This document shows positions 25,316-34,400 of a DNA stretch of 64,000 nt, piece after piece (position 1 is the first letter of the stretch; each line of letters opens with the position of its first letter). Position numbers and translations under genes: made by a program. Source of the stretch: Longimicrobiales bacterium. GTDB lineage: Bacteria; Gemmatimonadota; Gemmatimonadetes; Longimicrobiales; Gaopeijiaceae. The DNA lies in contig OZ242201.1 of assembly GCA_965206105.1 (NCBI GenBank), forward strand, positions 588,852 to 652,851. The letters run 5' to 3'. The notes below the pieces were generated by a model. It was given only the letters and a program-made list of their open reading frames with translations. It did no database searches and was not told where the DNA came from.

Positions 25316-28300
25316 ATGCGAACGCGATCCACGGCTGCCGGCTCGACCGCGGCCATGCTCCTCGCCGCGTTGGTTGCGCTTCTGCCGGGGGCGCCGGCCG
25401 GGGCACAGACCAGGGTTTCATCGGACTGGCCGCTCATCCCTCCCGAGGTAGGGGCCGGAGACACGTTCCGCCTGTTGTTCGTGACCTCCACCGAGGTTCA
25501 GCTCAACTCCGACAGCATCCACCACTACAACGCGTTCGTGCAGGCCCGTGCCGCCGCGGGCCATGCGGCCATTCAGTCGCACAGTTCGCTCTTCCGCGTC
25601 CTGGCCAGCACCGCCGCGGTCGCCGCGCGGGACAACACCGGCACGAACCCCGGCACCGATGGCCCCGGCGAGCCCATCTTCTGGCTTGGCAGCGGCGTCA
25701 GGGTCGCGGACGACTACGAGGACCTGTACGACGGGTACTGGGACAGCGAATCCTGGACCACCGAGGCGGGCGGATCGGGATCGGACCAGGCGCTTGGCAT
25801 ACTGAACGGCAGCACGGCGGACGGCCGCTCCAAGCCCAAGTGGCCGTTTCGGAACATTACGACCCAGGGCGAAAGGGTCGGCGGCGGAAAGCTGAACTCC
25901 GGCGGAATGCCCATGTACAGCGTGGACAGGGGCGCTGGTGCCGACGGTACGCTGTCCACCCGGGTCTACGCCCTCTCCTCCGTCTTCCAGGTAGCGCCCG
26001 ACACCCTGGGACCGGGCGGCATCTACGTGGCCGACGCGATGGCCGTCGAGGGCTACACCGCGGCCTTCGTCGTGACGATGGACGGGGCGCTGCCGGATGC
26101 GGCCACAGTGGACTACGAGACCTCGGACGGGACGGCCACCGCCGGATCCGACTACACGGCCGTTTCGGGGACGCTGACGTTCGCCGCGGGCGAGACCTCG
26201 AAAACCGTGACCGTAACGATCCCCGACGACGACGTCCACGAGGACTCCGAGGAATTCAGGCTGACGCTGAGCAACCCGAGCGCCAACGCGCGAGTCCTGG
26301 ACGCGATAGCGACGGGGCGGATCGACGGGGCCGAGCTTACGGCAGAGTTTGTCGGGGTGCCGACCAGTCACGACGGGGCGGCATTCGAATTCCTGCTCAG
26401 TTTCAGCGAAGAACCGGATTCGGCCTTCAGCTACCTGAACCTGAAGGGGGATGGAAGGCGGGCGGGCGCGCTTGCCGTGGCCAACGGACGGTTGGAGCGG
26501 ACGTACCGGTTCGGGTCGGACCACCGGAATCTTGTCTGGCGGATTCGCATCGCTCCGGACAGCGACGTCGCGGACGTTGCGATCACTTTGCTCGCGACGA
26601 CGGACTGCTCGGCGGCCAACGCGATCTGCACCGACAACGGGCGGCCGCTCTCGGTGCCGGTGACGGCGACGGTTCCGGGTCTGGCGCCCTGGCTTGCGGT
26701 GGTCGATGCGAGCGGGGTGGAGGGGGCGAACACGGCGGTGGACTTCACGGTGACGCTGAACCGCGCGGTGGCCGAAACCGTGACGGTGGACTACGCGACC
26801 TCCGACGGGACGGCGACCGCCGGAGCCGACTACACGGCCACGTCGGGAACGCTGACGTTCGCGCCGGGCGAGACCCGCAAGACGGTCTCCGTGCCATTGC
26901 TGGACGATGAAGTCGAGGAAAGCGCCGAGACGTTCACGCTGACGCTGAGCAATGCGTCGGGCGGCCGCGCGTATCTGTCGGACGCCACGGCAACGGGCAC
27001 CATCGCGGACGACGACTCGACGACACCGCCCGTGGGCGTCCCGCAGGGCGATGTATTGGTCAGCAACCTGGACCGACCGCTGGACTGGCGACCCAAGATC
27101 GGCATGGCAGACACTGTCGGCACCAGCCTCAATCAGCGGGGGGCACAGGTCTTTACCACCGGCGATTCAAGGGATGGCTACGAACTGACAGCGGTCGTGT
27201 TGAACTTTGCCTTCTACGAAGAGATCGACGGGGACAATCTGGAGGCATCGCTCCACTTGTTCGGGGTCGCAAGCGACCCGCTCGGGGAGAAGATCCTGGA
27301 CTTCGAGAATCCAACGACGTACGCCAGGTTCCGCGGTGACCGCGGCCCGGTGACGCTCGTACCTGCCGATGGCACGTCGGAGGAGAGCAGGATTCTTCGG
27401 CCCAATACCGACTATGTGATCCAGTTCGCTTTGCACACTTCAGGCATTGAGCGATGGTTCAAGATCGAGGCGACCAACAGTGGCGCTGAATCCGGAACGG
27501 ACGCCTGGCGGATTGCAGACGACAGTCATTGGAAGCAAACCGGCTGGATTGAATGGAGCACCAGAGACTATGTAATGAAGATGAAGGTCCTGGGCACACG
27601 CGTTGAACGTCCGCTTGTATTCGACGCAGGTCTGCCGGTGGCGCTGTCGGTAGCCGAGAACACGCCGGCGGGCACCAGGATCGGCCGACCCTTCACCGCC
27701 TCCCGCACGGATCCGAACGCTGCGTTGACCTATTCTCTGGACGGCCCCGGCAAGAACGATTTCGCGATTGATCCGGCGACTGCGCAGCTGAGGACGAAGG
27801 CGGTGCCGGACTTCGAGAACGCCAGCGAACACGCGCTTTCGATCATTGTGCGGGACGGACAGGATAGCGCCAGGCACGGACTGACGATCACGGTCTTGAA
27901 TCAGGACGAACCACCCGGCAGCCCGGCCGCGCCGACGCTGGAGTCGAGGGACGGCGAGAGTTTGACGGTGTCCTGGCTCGCCCCGGCCAACTCGGGCAAA
28001 CCGGACATTCTCCACTACGACCTGGGCTACCGCCTCGTGGGGTGGCCGGCCGGCGACCCGTTCAGAGACGGACCGCAGGATGTGGCGGACACCGTCGCGA
28101 GAATCCCGGCGCTGGTCGAGGGAGCTACGTACAAGGTGCGGGTGCGGGCGACCAACTCCGAAGGCGATGGGGAGTGGTCCGCGGCGCTCCTTGGTACGGT
28201 GCCGGGAACACCGCCGGTCGCGCCCTCCGTGACCGCCGTGGAACTGGCCGCGGACGAGTCGGGCGACCGGGCCTGGACATACGGAGAGAGCATCGAGGCG

Positions 28301-31042
28301 CGCGTCACATTCAACGAGCCGGTGTCGGTGAGGGGCAGCCCGACCCTTTGGATAACGATCGCGGGCGGGCCGGCGCCACTCGCCCTTGCGTCCGGTTCCG
28401 GGTCTGCAACGCTGGTGTTCGAACACGAGGTGACGGTTGACACGGCGAGCTACACCCGGATCGGGATCACGGAGAACAGCCTGGGATCGACCGGCGGGAC
28501 GATCGTGTCGCGAGCGACCGGAATGGTGGCGGATCTGTCCCACGAGGGCACGGAGCCTACGGCGGAACCGGACCCCGATGAGACGGTGCCCCTGACGGCG
28601 GAGTTCCAGGACATGCCGGAGTCGCACGACGGGAGCCGGATCCGGTTCGGGCTGACGTTCAGCGAGGAGTTGAGTCTCAGCCACCTGACACTGCGCGACG
28701 AGGCATTCGAGGTGACGGGCGGCACGGTGTTCGGCGCACAGCGCAAGGAGACGGGCAGCAACCGCCGCTGGACGATCTCGGTCGATCCGGCCCTGGCGAG
28801 CGAGACGGTGACGATCACGCTGCCGGAGACGACGGACTGCGGGGCGAGCGGCGCGATCTGCACGGGAGACAGCCGGCCGCTCTCGGCGACGGTCACGGCG
28901 ACGGTCGCGGGCGAGACGCACGTCCCGGCGCCCGAGCTGACGCTGGCCGGCGCGAGCGCGACCGAGGGCGGGAACGCGACGGTGGACTTTGCGGTGACAC
29001 TGAGCCGCGCTGCGACGGACACGGTGACGGTGCAGTATGCGACCTCGGACGGCACCGCGTCGGCCGGAACGGACTACACGGCCATGTCGGGCACGCTCAC
29101 GTTCGCTGCGGGCGACACGGCGAAGACGGTGTCGGTGCCTGTGCTTGACGATGCCGACGACGAGAACGACGAGACATTCACGCTGACCTTGAGCAACGCC
29201 TCCGGTGCGTCGCTCGGCAACACCACGGCCACCGGCACGATCGTCGACAACGACACCACCACCGCAACGCCGCTGACGGCGACCTTCGAGAACATGCCGG
29301 AGACGCACGACGGCAGCCGGATCCGGTTCGGTCTGACCTTCAGCGAGGATCTGAGCGTTAGCCACCTGACGCTGCGCGACGAGGCGTTCGAGGTGAACAG
29401 CGGCACCGTCTTCGGCGCGCAGCGCAAGCAGCCGGGCAGCAACCGCCGCTGGACGATCTCGGTCGATCCGGACTCGGCGGGCAGCGCCGTGACCATCATT
29501 CTGCCGGAGACGACGGACTGCGAGGCGAGCGGCGCGATCTGCACGAACGACAAACGGCCGCTGTCGCACTCGCTGACGGACACGGTGGCGGTGGAAGTGG
29601 AGGAGCCGACCGTCCCCTCGCTTGCCGTGGCCGGCGCCAGCGCCACCGAGGGCGACGCGGTCACCTTCACGGTGTCGCTGTCGGAGGCGAGCGGCCAGCG
29701 GGTGACGGTCGACTACGCGACCTCGGGCGGTACGGCGGCGAGCGGAACCGACTTCACGGCTGCATCGGGGACGCTGACCTTTGACGCGGGCGACAGATCG
29801 AAGACGGTGAACGTGACGACGACAGACGACTCGGATAACGAGGAGGACGAGACCTTGACACTGACTTTGAGCAACGCGTCCGGTGCAACGCTCGGCAACG
29901 CGACGGCGACCGGCACGATCGTCGACAATGACACCGCTGCAACGCCCCTGACGGCAACCTTCGAGGACATGCCGGAGACGCACGACGGGAGCCGGATCCG
30001 GTTCGGGCTGACCTTCAGCGAGGAGCTGGACGTCAGCTACCGGACGTTGCGCGACCACGCGTTCAGCGTCACGGGCGGCACGGTGTTCGGCGCGCAGCGC
30101 AAGCAGACGGGCAGCAACCGCCGCTGGACGATATCGGTCGACCCGACCTCGGCGAGCGACACGGTGACGATCACGCTGCCGGAAACGACGATCTGCGCTG
30201 CGACGGGCGCGATCTGCACGGCGGACAACCGGCCGCTGTCGCACTCGCTGACGGACACGGTCATCGACGCGGCCTCGTCGTCCTCGAGTGACATCGCCGG
30301 CGGAACCGAGCAGGGCGAAGTGGAGGCCGCGCTGGCCGCCGCGGGCGGCATCACCCCGGAGGAGGCCGCCGCCGCGCTGTTCGGCGAGGGGCGGCTGAGC
30401 GAGTCGCAGCTGGACGCCCTCGACCGCCTCGGCAACCGGAACGGCCGCTACGACATCGGCGATCTGGTCGCCTGGAGGGAGCGCTGCCGCCAGGGCACCG
30501 CGGACTGCGGGGGAAGCCCCGCGAGCCCGGGGCCGGCGGGTGCGGCGGCGCTGCTTGCGGTCGTGCCCGGCGGCCGCAGAGGGTCGCGGGGTGGTCCGGG
30601 AGGGCGGCGGGGTGCCGGGCGACGGCGGCGGACGGCCGCGCCCCGCCAGGCCCTGGCGATGCTCTTCGCCGTGGCCCTGGCCTGGTCCTGCACCGACGGC
30701 GGCCTGGTCGAACCGGCCGCCCCCGAACGGGCCCCGGACCCGGGCTACCTCACCGTGTCGCTGGTCACGCCGGCCGACAGCCGCGACAGCGGCGTACTGC
30801 TGGAACTCGAGGGCCCGGGCATCGCGGAGGTGCGGGCTCCCGGGTTCGAGCTGTTCGAATCCAGAGCCTCGGGGCGCCATCAGGTCATGGTAGCGGGCGC
30901 GCTGCGGGCGGGCCCCGTCCTTCAGATCCGCGTGCCGGACCGCAACCGGGTCTCGCTCTACCGGGTCCGCGTGATGCAGGTCGCGGGAGAGGACTACGCA
31001 CTCAGGGATGAAGCGGAGTACCGGACGGTGATCACGCGGTGA
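25316..31042 (+). CDS. giant modular surface protein 1 (Calx-beta x4, cadherin-like, FN3, two-Cys repeat x4, shared C-terminal cassette)
   Basis: Signal peptide MRTRSTAAGSTAAMLLAALVALLPGAPAGAQ. Calx-beta signature DY..(T/V)SGTLTF..GE..KTV.V...DD..E..E.F.L.L. Cadherin-like VAENTPAGT...NQDEPP. FN3 (LTVSWLAP...YKVRVRATN). Confidence 0.85.
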   Translation: MRTRSTAAGSTAAMLLAALVALLPGAPAGAQTRVSSDWPLIPPEVGAGDTFRLLFVTSTEVQLNSDSIHHYNAFVQARAAAGHAAIQSHSSLFRVLASTAAVAARDNTGTNPGTDGPGEPIFWLGSGVRVADDYEDLYDGYWDSESWTTEAGGSGSDQALGILNGSTADGRSKPKWPFRNITTQGERVGGGKLNSGGMPMYSVDRGAGADGTLSTRVYALSSVFQVAPDTLGPGGIYVADAMAVEGYTAAFVVTMDGALPDAATVDYETSDGTATAGSDYTAVSGTLTFAAGETSKTVTVTIPDDDVHEDSEEFRLTLSNPSANARVLDAIATGRIDGAELTAEFVGVPTSHDGAAFEFLLSFSEEPDSAFSYLNLKGDGRRAGALAVANGRLERTYRFGSDHRNLVWRIRIAPDSDVADVAITLLATTDCSAANAICTDNGRPLSVPVTATVPGLAPWLAVVDASGVEGANTAVDFTVTLNRAVAETVTVDYATSDGTATAGADYTATSGTLTFAPGETRKTVSVPLLDDEVEESAETFTLTLSNASGGRAYLSDATATGTIADDDSTTPPVGVPQGDVLVSNLDRPLDWRPKIGMADTVGTSLNQRGAQVFTTGDSRDGYELTAVVLNFAFYEEIDGDNLEASLHLFGVASDPLGEKILDFENPTTYARFRGDRGPVTLVPADGTSEESRILRPNTDYVIQFALHTSGIERWFKIEATNSGAESGTDAWRIADDSHWKQTGWIEWSTRDYVMKMKVLGTRVERPLVFDAGLPVALSVAENTPAGTRIGRPFTASRTDPNAALTYSLDGPGKNDFAIDPATAQLRTKAVPDFENASEHALSIIVRDGQDSARHGLTITVLNQDEPPGSPAAPTLESRDGESLTVSWLAPANSGKPDILHYDLGYRLVGWPAGDPFRDGPQDVADTVARIPALVEGATYKVRVRATNSEGDGEWSAALLGTVPGTPPVAPSVTAVELAADESGDRAWTYGESIEARVTFNEPVSVRGSPTLWITIAGGPAPLALASGSGSATLVFEHEVTVDTASYTRIGITENSLGSTGGTIVSRATGMVADLSHEGTEPTAEPDPDETVPLTAEFQDMPESHDGSRIRFGLTFSEELSLSHLTLRDEAFEVTGGTVFGAQRKETGSNRRWTISVDPALASETVTITLPETTDCGASGAICTGDSRPLSATVTATVAGETHVPAPELTLAGASATEGGNATVDFAVTLSRAATDTVTVQYATSDGTASAGTDYTAMSGTLTFAAGDTAKTVSVPVLDDADDENDETFTLTLSNASGASLGNTTATGTIVDNDTTTATPLTATFENMPETHDGSRIRFGLTFSEDLSVSHLTLRDEAFEVNSGTVFGAQRKQPGSNRRWTISVDPDSAGSAVTIILPETTDCEASGAICTNDKRPLSHSLTDTVAVEVEEPTVPSLAVAGASATEGDAVTFTVSLSEASGQRVTVDYATSGGTAASGTDFTAASGTLTFDAGDRSKTVNVTTTDDSDNEEDETLTLTLSNASGATLGNATATGTIVDNDTAATPLTATFEDMPETHDGSRIRFGLTFSEELDVSYRTLRDHAFSVTGGTVFGAQRKQTGSNRRWTISVDPTSASDTVTITLPETTICAATGAICTADNRPLSHSLTDTVIDAASSSSSDIAGGTEQGEVEAALAAAGGITPEEAAAALFGEGRLSESQLDALDRLGNRNGRYDIGDLVAWRERCRQGTADCGGSPASPGPAGAAALLAVVPGGRRGSRGGPGGRRGAGRRRRTAAPRQALAMLFAVALAWSCTDGGLVEPAAPERAPDPGYLTVSLVTPADSRDSGVLLELEGPGIAEVRAPGFELFESRASGRHQVMVAGALRAGPVLQIRVPDRNRVSLYRVRVMQVAGEDYALRDEAEYRTVITR
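30194..31042 (+). repeat. near-identical 849-bp 3' cassette (copy 1)
   Basis: Aligns to 37636..38484 at a constant offset of 7442. I count 10 mismatches and no indels by hand. Confidence 0.9.
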
Positions 31043-31059
31043 CACGGCTCGGCGCGATG

Positions 31060-31099
31060 CCCCCCGGCGTGCACGCTACGCCTCTTGTGCGCCGGGGGG
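31060..31099 (+). terminator. GC-rich hairpin after giant gene 1
   Basis: CCCCCCGGCG, a 20-nt loop, then CGCCGGGGGG. No clear U-tract follows. Confidence 0.35.
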
Positions 31100-31416
31100 G
31101 CGTCATTCCTGCCTTCCAGCCCGGCGCCTGACCGCACTCGGGCGTTCACTCGGACAATAACGTACACAATATTGTACAGTATTTCATGACAAGTTGACAA
31201 TACAATTCCCCACGGTGTTTGCCATATTCGTCGCACATGTTAGAATCTACGCCGTTTTCGTGCAGTTGTTGACGCCGAGTTCCACGTTGCGACCTCGGTT
31301 GGCAGGTTCAGTTCCTCGGTGGGGAAACTGAGCGGAAGTCTCGCTGCGTTCCTCCGACGTTTTGGGAAGCTGGCCGCCGCCAGGTCGCCAAACCCGAATC
31401 GGAGATCGCAAAGCGG

Positions 31417-34400
31417 ATGACACGGAGAGTTCGAGGGATCGAGCTGGTTGGGGATGAGCGAGCGGTTGGAGGTTCCCTCGCACGGCGGCACGGCAGGCGC
31501 CTTGCCGCCGCGTTTCTGTTCGCGTGCGCCTTCGGCGCCCTCGCCACCGGCGCTGCCGCGCAGAACGAGCCCGGTGCACCGAGGAACCTCACGAAGGAAC
31601 TGGCCGACACGAACGACGTGATCGTGAGGTGGGATCCGCCGGATCGCGGCGGTCCCGTCGAGTACTACCAGTACCTGATCGGGGATCCGGAGGGATTCGG
31701 TTCATTCTGGAGACGGATCGCCGGCAGTGATTCGACCACGACATCCTACACCTTCGAGGACGTCCCCGGCGGAGAGAGCCAGTTGAACATCCGGGCGCGG
31801 AACAGCGACGGAGCGGGGCAACGGGCAAGCGTGATCGTGAGAATCAATCGGCCGGCCACCGGGCAGCCGCGAATATCCGGCCGGCGCCATGTGCCCAACC
31901 GTCTGAGAGCCAATCTACACCTTGTCGAGGACGAAGACGGCCTGAGGAAGGAACTCCTGGATGGCTCCTCGCACAACCCGTACCGCTACCAGTGGCTGCG
32001 CGGAGACGCCGAACCGGAAGCGTGCGACTTCACCCGGTTCGGGCGGAAGGAATACGAGATGGGCCTGGCCAAGGAGTACAGGCTGAAGCCGGCGGACGCC
32101 GGCGATAGCCTCAGGGTCGCCGTCTGCTTCCGGGATCTCATGTCCGAGACCAACGTGGAGATGGTGATCAGCGACTATACCGAGGTCATCGAGGCCGATA
32201 CCCGGCCACCGGGGGTCAAGAGAGCGTTCACCAGCGAGGGAGGCGGCGGCGTCACGCTCTTCTTCGACGAGATCCTGAACCCCGGGGCCGACCCGCTGGA
32301 CGACATCGACGAGAACGATCCGCCCGCCGAGTGCGACAGTTCGTGGCTGCCGCCGCGGAGCGCGTTCCGGGTGAGCGTGGAAGGGGGAAAGCGCACCTAT
32401 CGTCCGCGCGAGGTCACCGTCCAGTATTGCAGCAAGAGTACGGGCAGGAGGGACAGAATCGGTCCCCTGGACGGCAGGGTCCACCTGGATCTGGGGACGA
32501 CCCAGCTGTTCAATCGGGGGATCAAGCAGGGACAGTCGGTCAGGGTCATCTACACCGATCCCACGTCGGACGACGACAAGGCCGCCCTGCAGGACCGGAC
32601 CGGCAACGATGTCGTAAGCTTCGACGTGGAGGTCGAGAACCGCTCCACGCAAGCCCCGAGCGACGAGGACGTTTCGGCGGAGCCCAAGCCCAAGTCGGTG
32701 TGGGTACCCCCCGACGGGCGCACCATCCGCATCACCTTCGACGAACCCCTCAACCCGGAGCGCGAATCGCCGGCGGACGCGTTCACCGTGACGCAGGGGA
32801 ACGCTTCCCTGTCCGTCAACAATGCCTTGCTGGATGGTCCGCGCGCGCGGGTCACCCTCCAGGTGTATCCGCGCGTCCGGCAGGGCGGGAGCGTCACCGT
32901 GGGCTACCGGAACCCCGGGGGGAACGACGCCCTGCAGGACGTGGACGGCTTGCTCGCGAAGACCTTCAGCCGCCGGGCGGCGAACAGCTCGGCCCTGAAG
33001 CCCGGGCTGCGGCCCGTATCCGCCGAGGTCCAGGCCGATGGCCTGGAGGTGGAAATGCGTTTCAACACCAGGCTGCTTGAGAACGACGTGTCGCCCGGCG
33101 CCTTCACGATGCAGGTCGGTGGCACGGCGTACACGTTTGGAGACATAGAATTCTTCGACAACGGCAACTACATGCTCCTCTCGCAGTTTGGGGGGGTTGT
33201 CCCGGCGGACGAGACGGTCACGGTGGGCTATACCGAGCCGGCGCACGGCGCTCTGCTCCTGGCCCAGGACTCGAGGACGGCCGGTTCGTTTTCCCGCTTC
33301 GGGGCTACGAACTCATCGGAGTGGCGTGACGTGCCGGTCGCCGTCGACGCGGTCGCGGAGGAGCTGGACGCGTTCGACATTCTGTTCGTGGGGGAACTGG
33401 ATACCACAGTGGGATCTCCGCCGAACAGCGCCTTCAACGTGACGATCGACGGCACGGCGACCACCTTCGATTCGGTTCGAGTGGTCGCATCGGACAGGGT
33501 CCGGATTTCGGGTCTTGCGAGGCAGATGAAAACGGGCCAGCGCGTTGTGGTCTCATACACCCAACCGGCCACCGGGATCGTATTGCAGAGCGCGACAACA
33601 GGAAACGCGCTCGCCGGCTTCGAGCTGAGAGTGACGCTGGTCTTCCCGCCGAAGCCGGTGGGTGCGCAGGTGTCGGAGTCAGTCCGCCACAGGCTCTGGA
33701 TAGAGTTCGACCGCCCGATCTCACCGGACAACTTTCCGCCGACGTCGGCGTTCACAGTGAAGGTCAACGGCGTGGCGCGCACGGTGCACTCGGTCTCCCG
33801 CGGCTCGGCATCCGAACCGGAGTTGGTGTACCTGACATTCCCCACACTCGTGCGCGGCGACCCGGTCACCGTGAGTTACGAAAAGCCCGCGGGCTCCAGG
33901 CGGCTCCGGGGAACCAACTCCAGGGAAGTCGGCAGCTTCAGCGACTACCGGGTGGACAACCCAAATCCAGGCGTGCCGCGGTTGCTGAGACTGACCTGGT
34001 CGCTTGAAGACGACGAGGATAGGTTCAGCAAGGTCTTGGTCAACCTCACTTTCGACGCCGATCTGTCGTCGTCGTTGCCGTCAGAGTCGGCGTTTACGGG
34101 ATCGACGTTCACTGTAGCTCAAGGTGGGGGCGTGAATCGAGTGCGCTTTGACGTAGACGAAGTGTGGCTTGATTCCAACAATCCCAGAAGGCTCCGGCTG
34201 AAGACCTCCATTTTCGAAGCCTCCATAAGAGAAGAAATCGTCATTGGATACACCAAACCCACGTCGGGGAACACGCTCCAGGGCGCACGCGGCCACGAAG
34301 TGCCCAGCTTTTCCTTTACCGGAGATGCCGTCCGGGCAAATGGGCAAAACGCCCCCCCCTCCCCGGTCACGGCGGAGTTCACCCAACTGCCGCTACTTCA

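Noticed and set aside
30659-31042. An independent small lipoprotein gene hidden in the 3' end of each giant gene. An Arg-rich tract followed by LAMLFAVALAWSC looks like a lipoprotein signal, and genes 1 and 2 have an in-frame ATG at 30659 / 38101.
   Set aside because: There is no stop codon upstream in any of the four genes. Gene 3 has Ile instead of Met at that position (ALAILFAAALALSC). Trp or Leu at -2 is not a canonical lipobox. I treat it as a TM segment of the giant protein.
30250-31042. The C-terminal cassette as a T9SS C-terminal domain, PEP-CTERM or LPXTG-type sorting signal.
   Set aside because: The motif/hydrophobic/basic order is reminiscent of these, but I see no PEP, LPXTG or GlyGly motif. 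The segment is not C-terminal (about 125 aa follow). No sortase, exosortase or Por genes are in the window. It is kept only as an open question in findings.
27440-31045. Very long antisense or alternate-frame ORFs. Examples: 27440..31045(-), 36616..38613(-), 38745..41981(-), 46089..48194(-), 1903..4200(+), 4238..6118(+), 16934..19045(+).
   Set aside because: Their products are Arg/Pro/Gly/Ala-rich low-complexity strings with no motifs, and they overlap genes with clear domain content. This is the expected stop-codon-poor artefact of GC-rich DNA.
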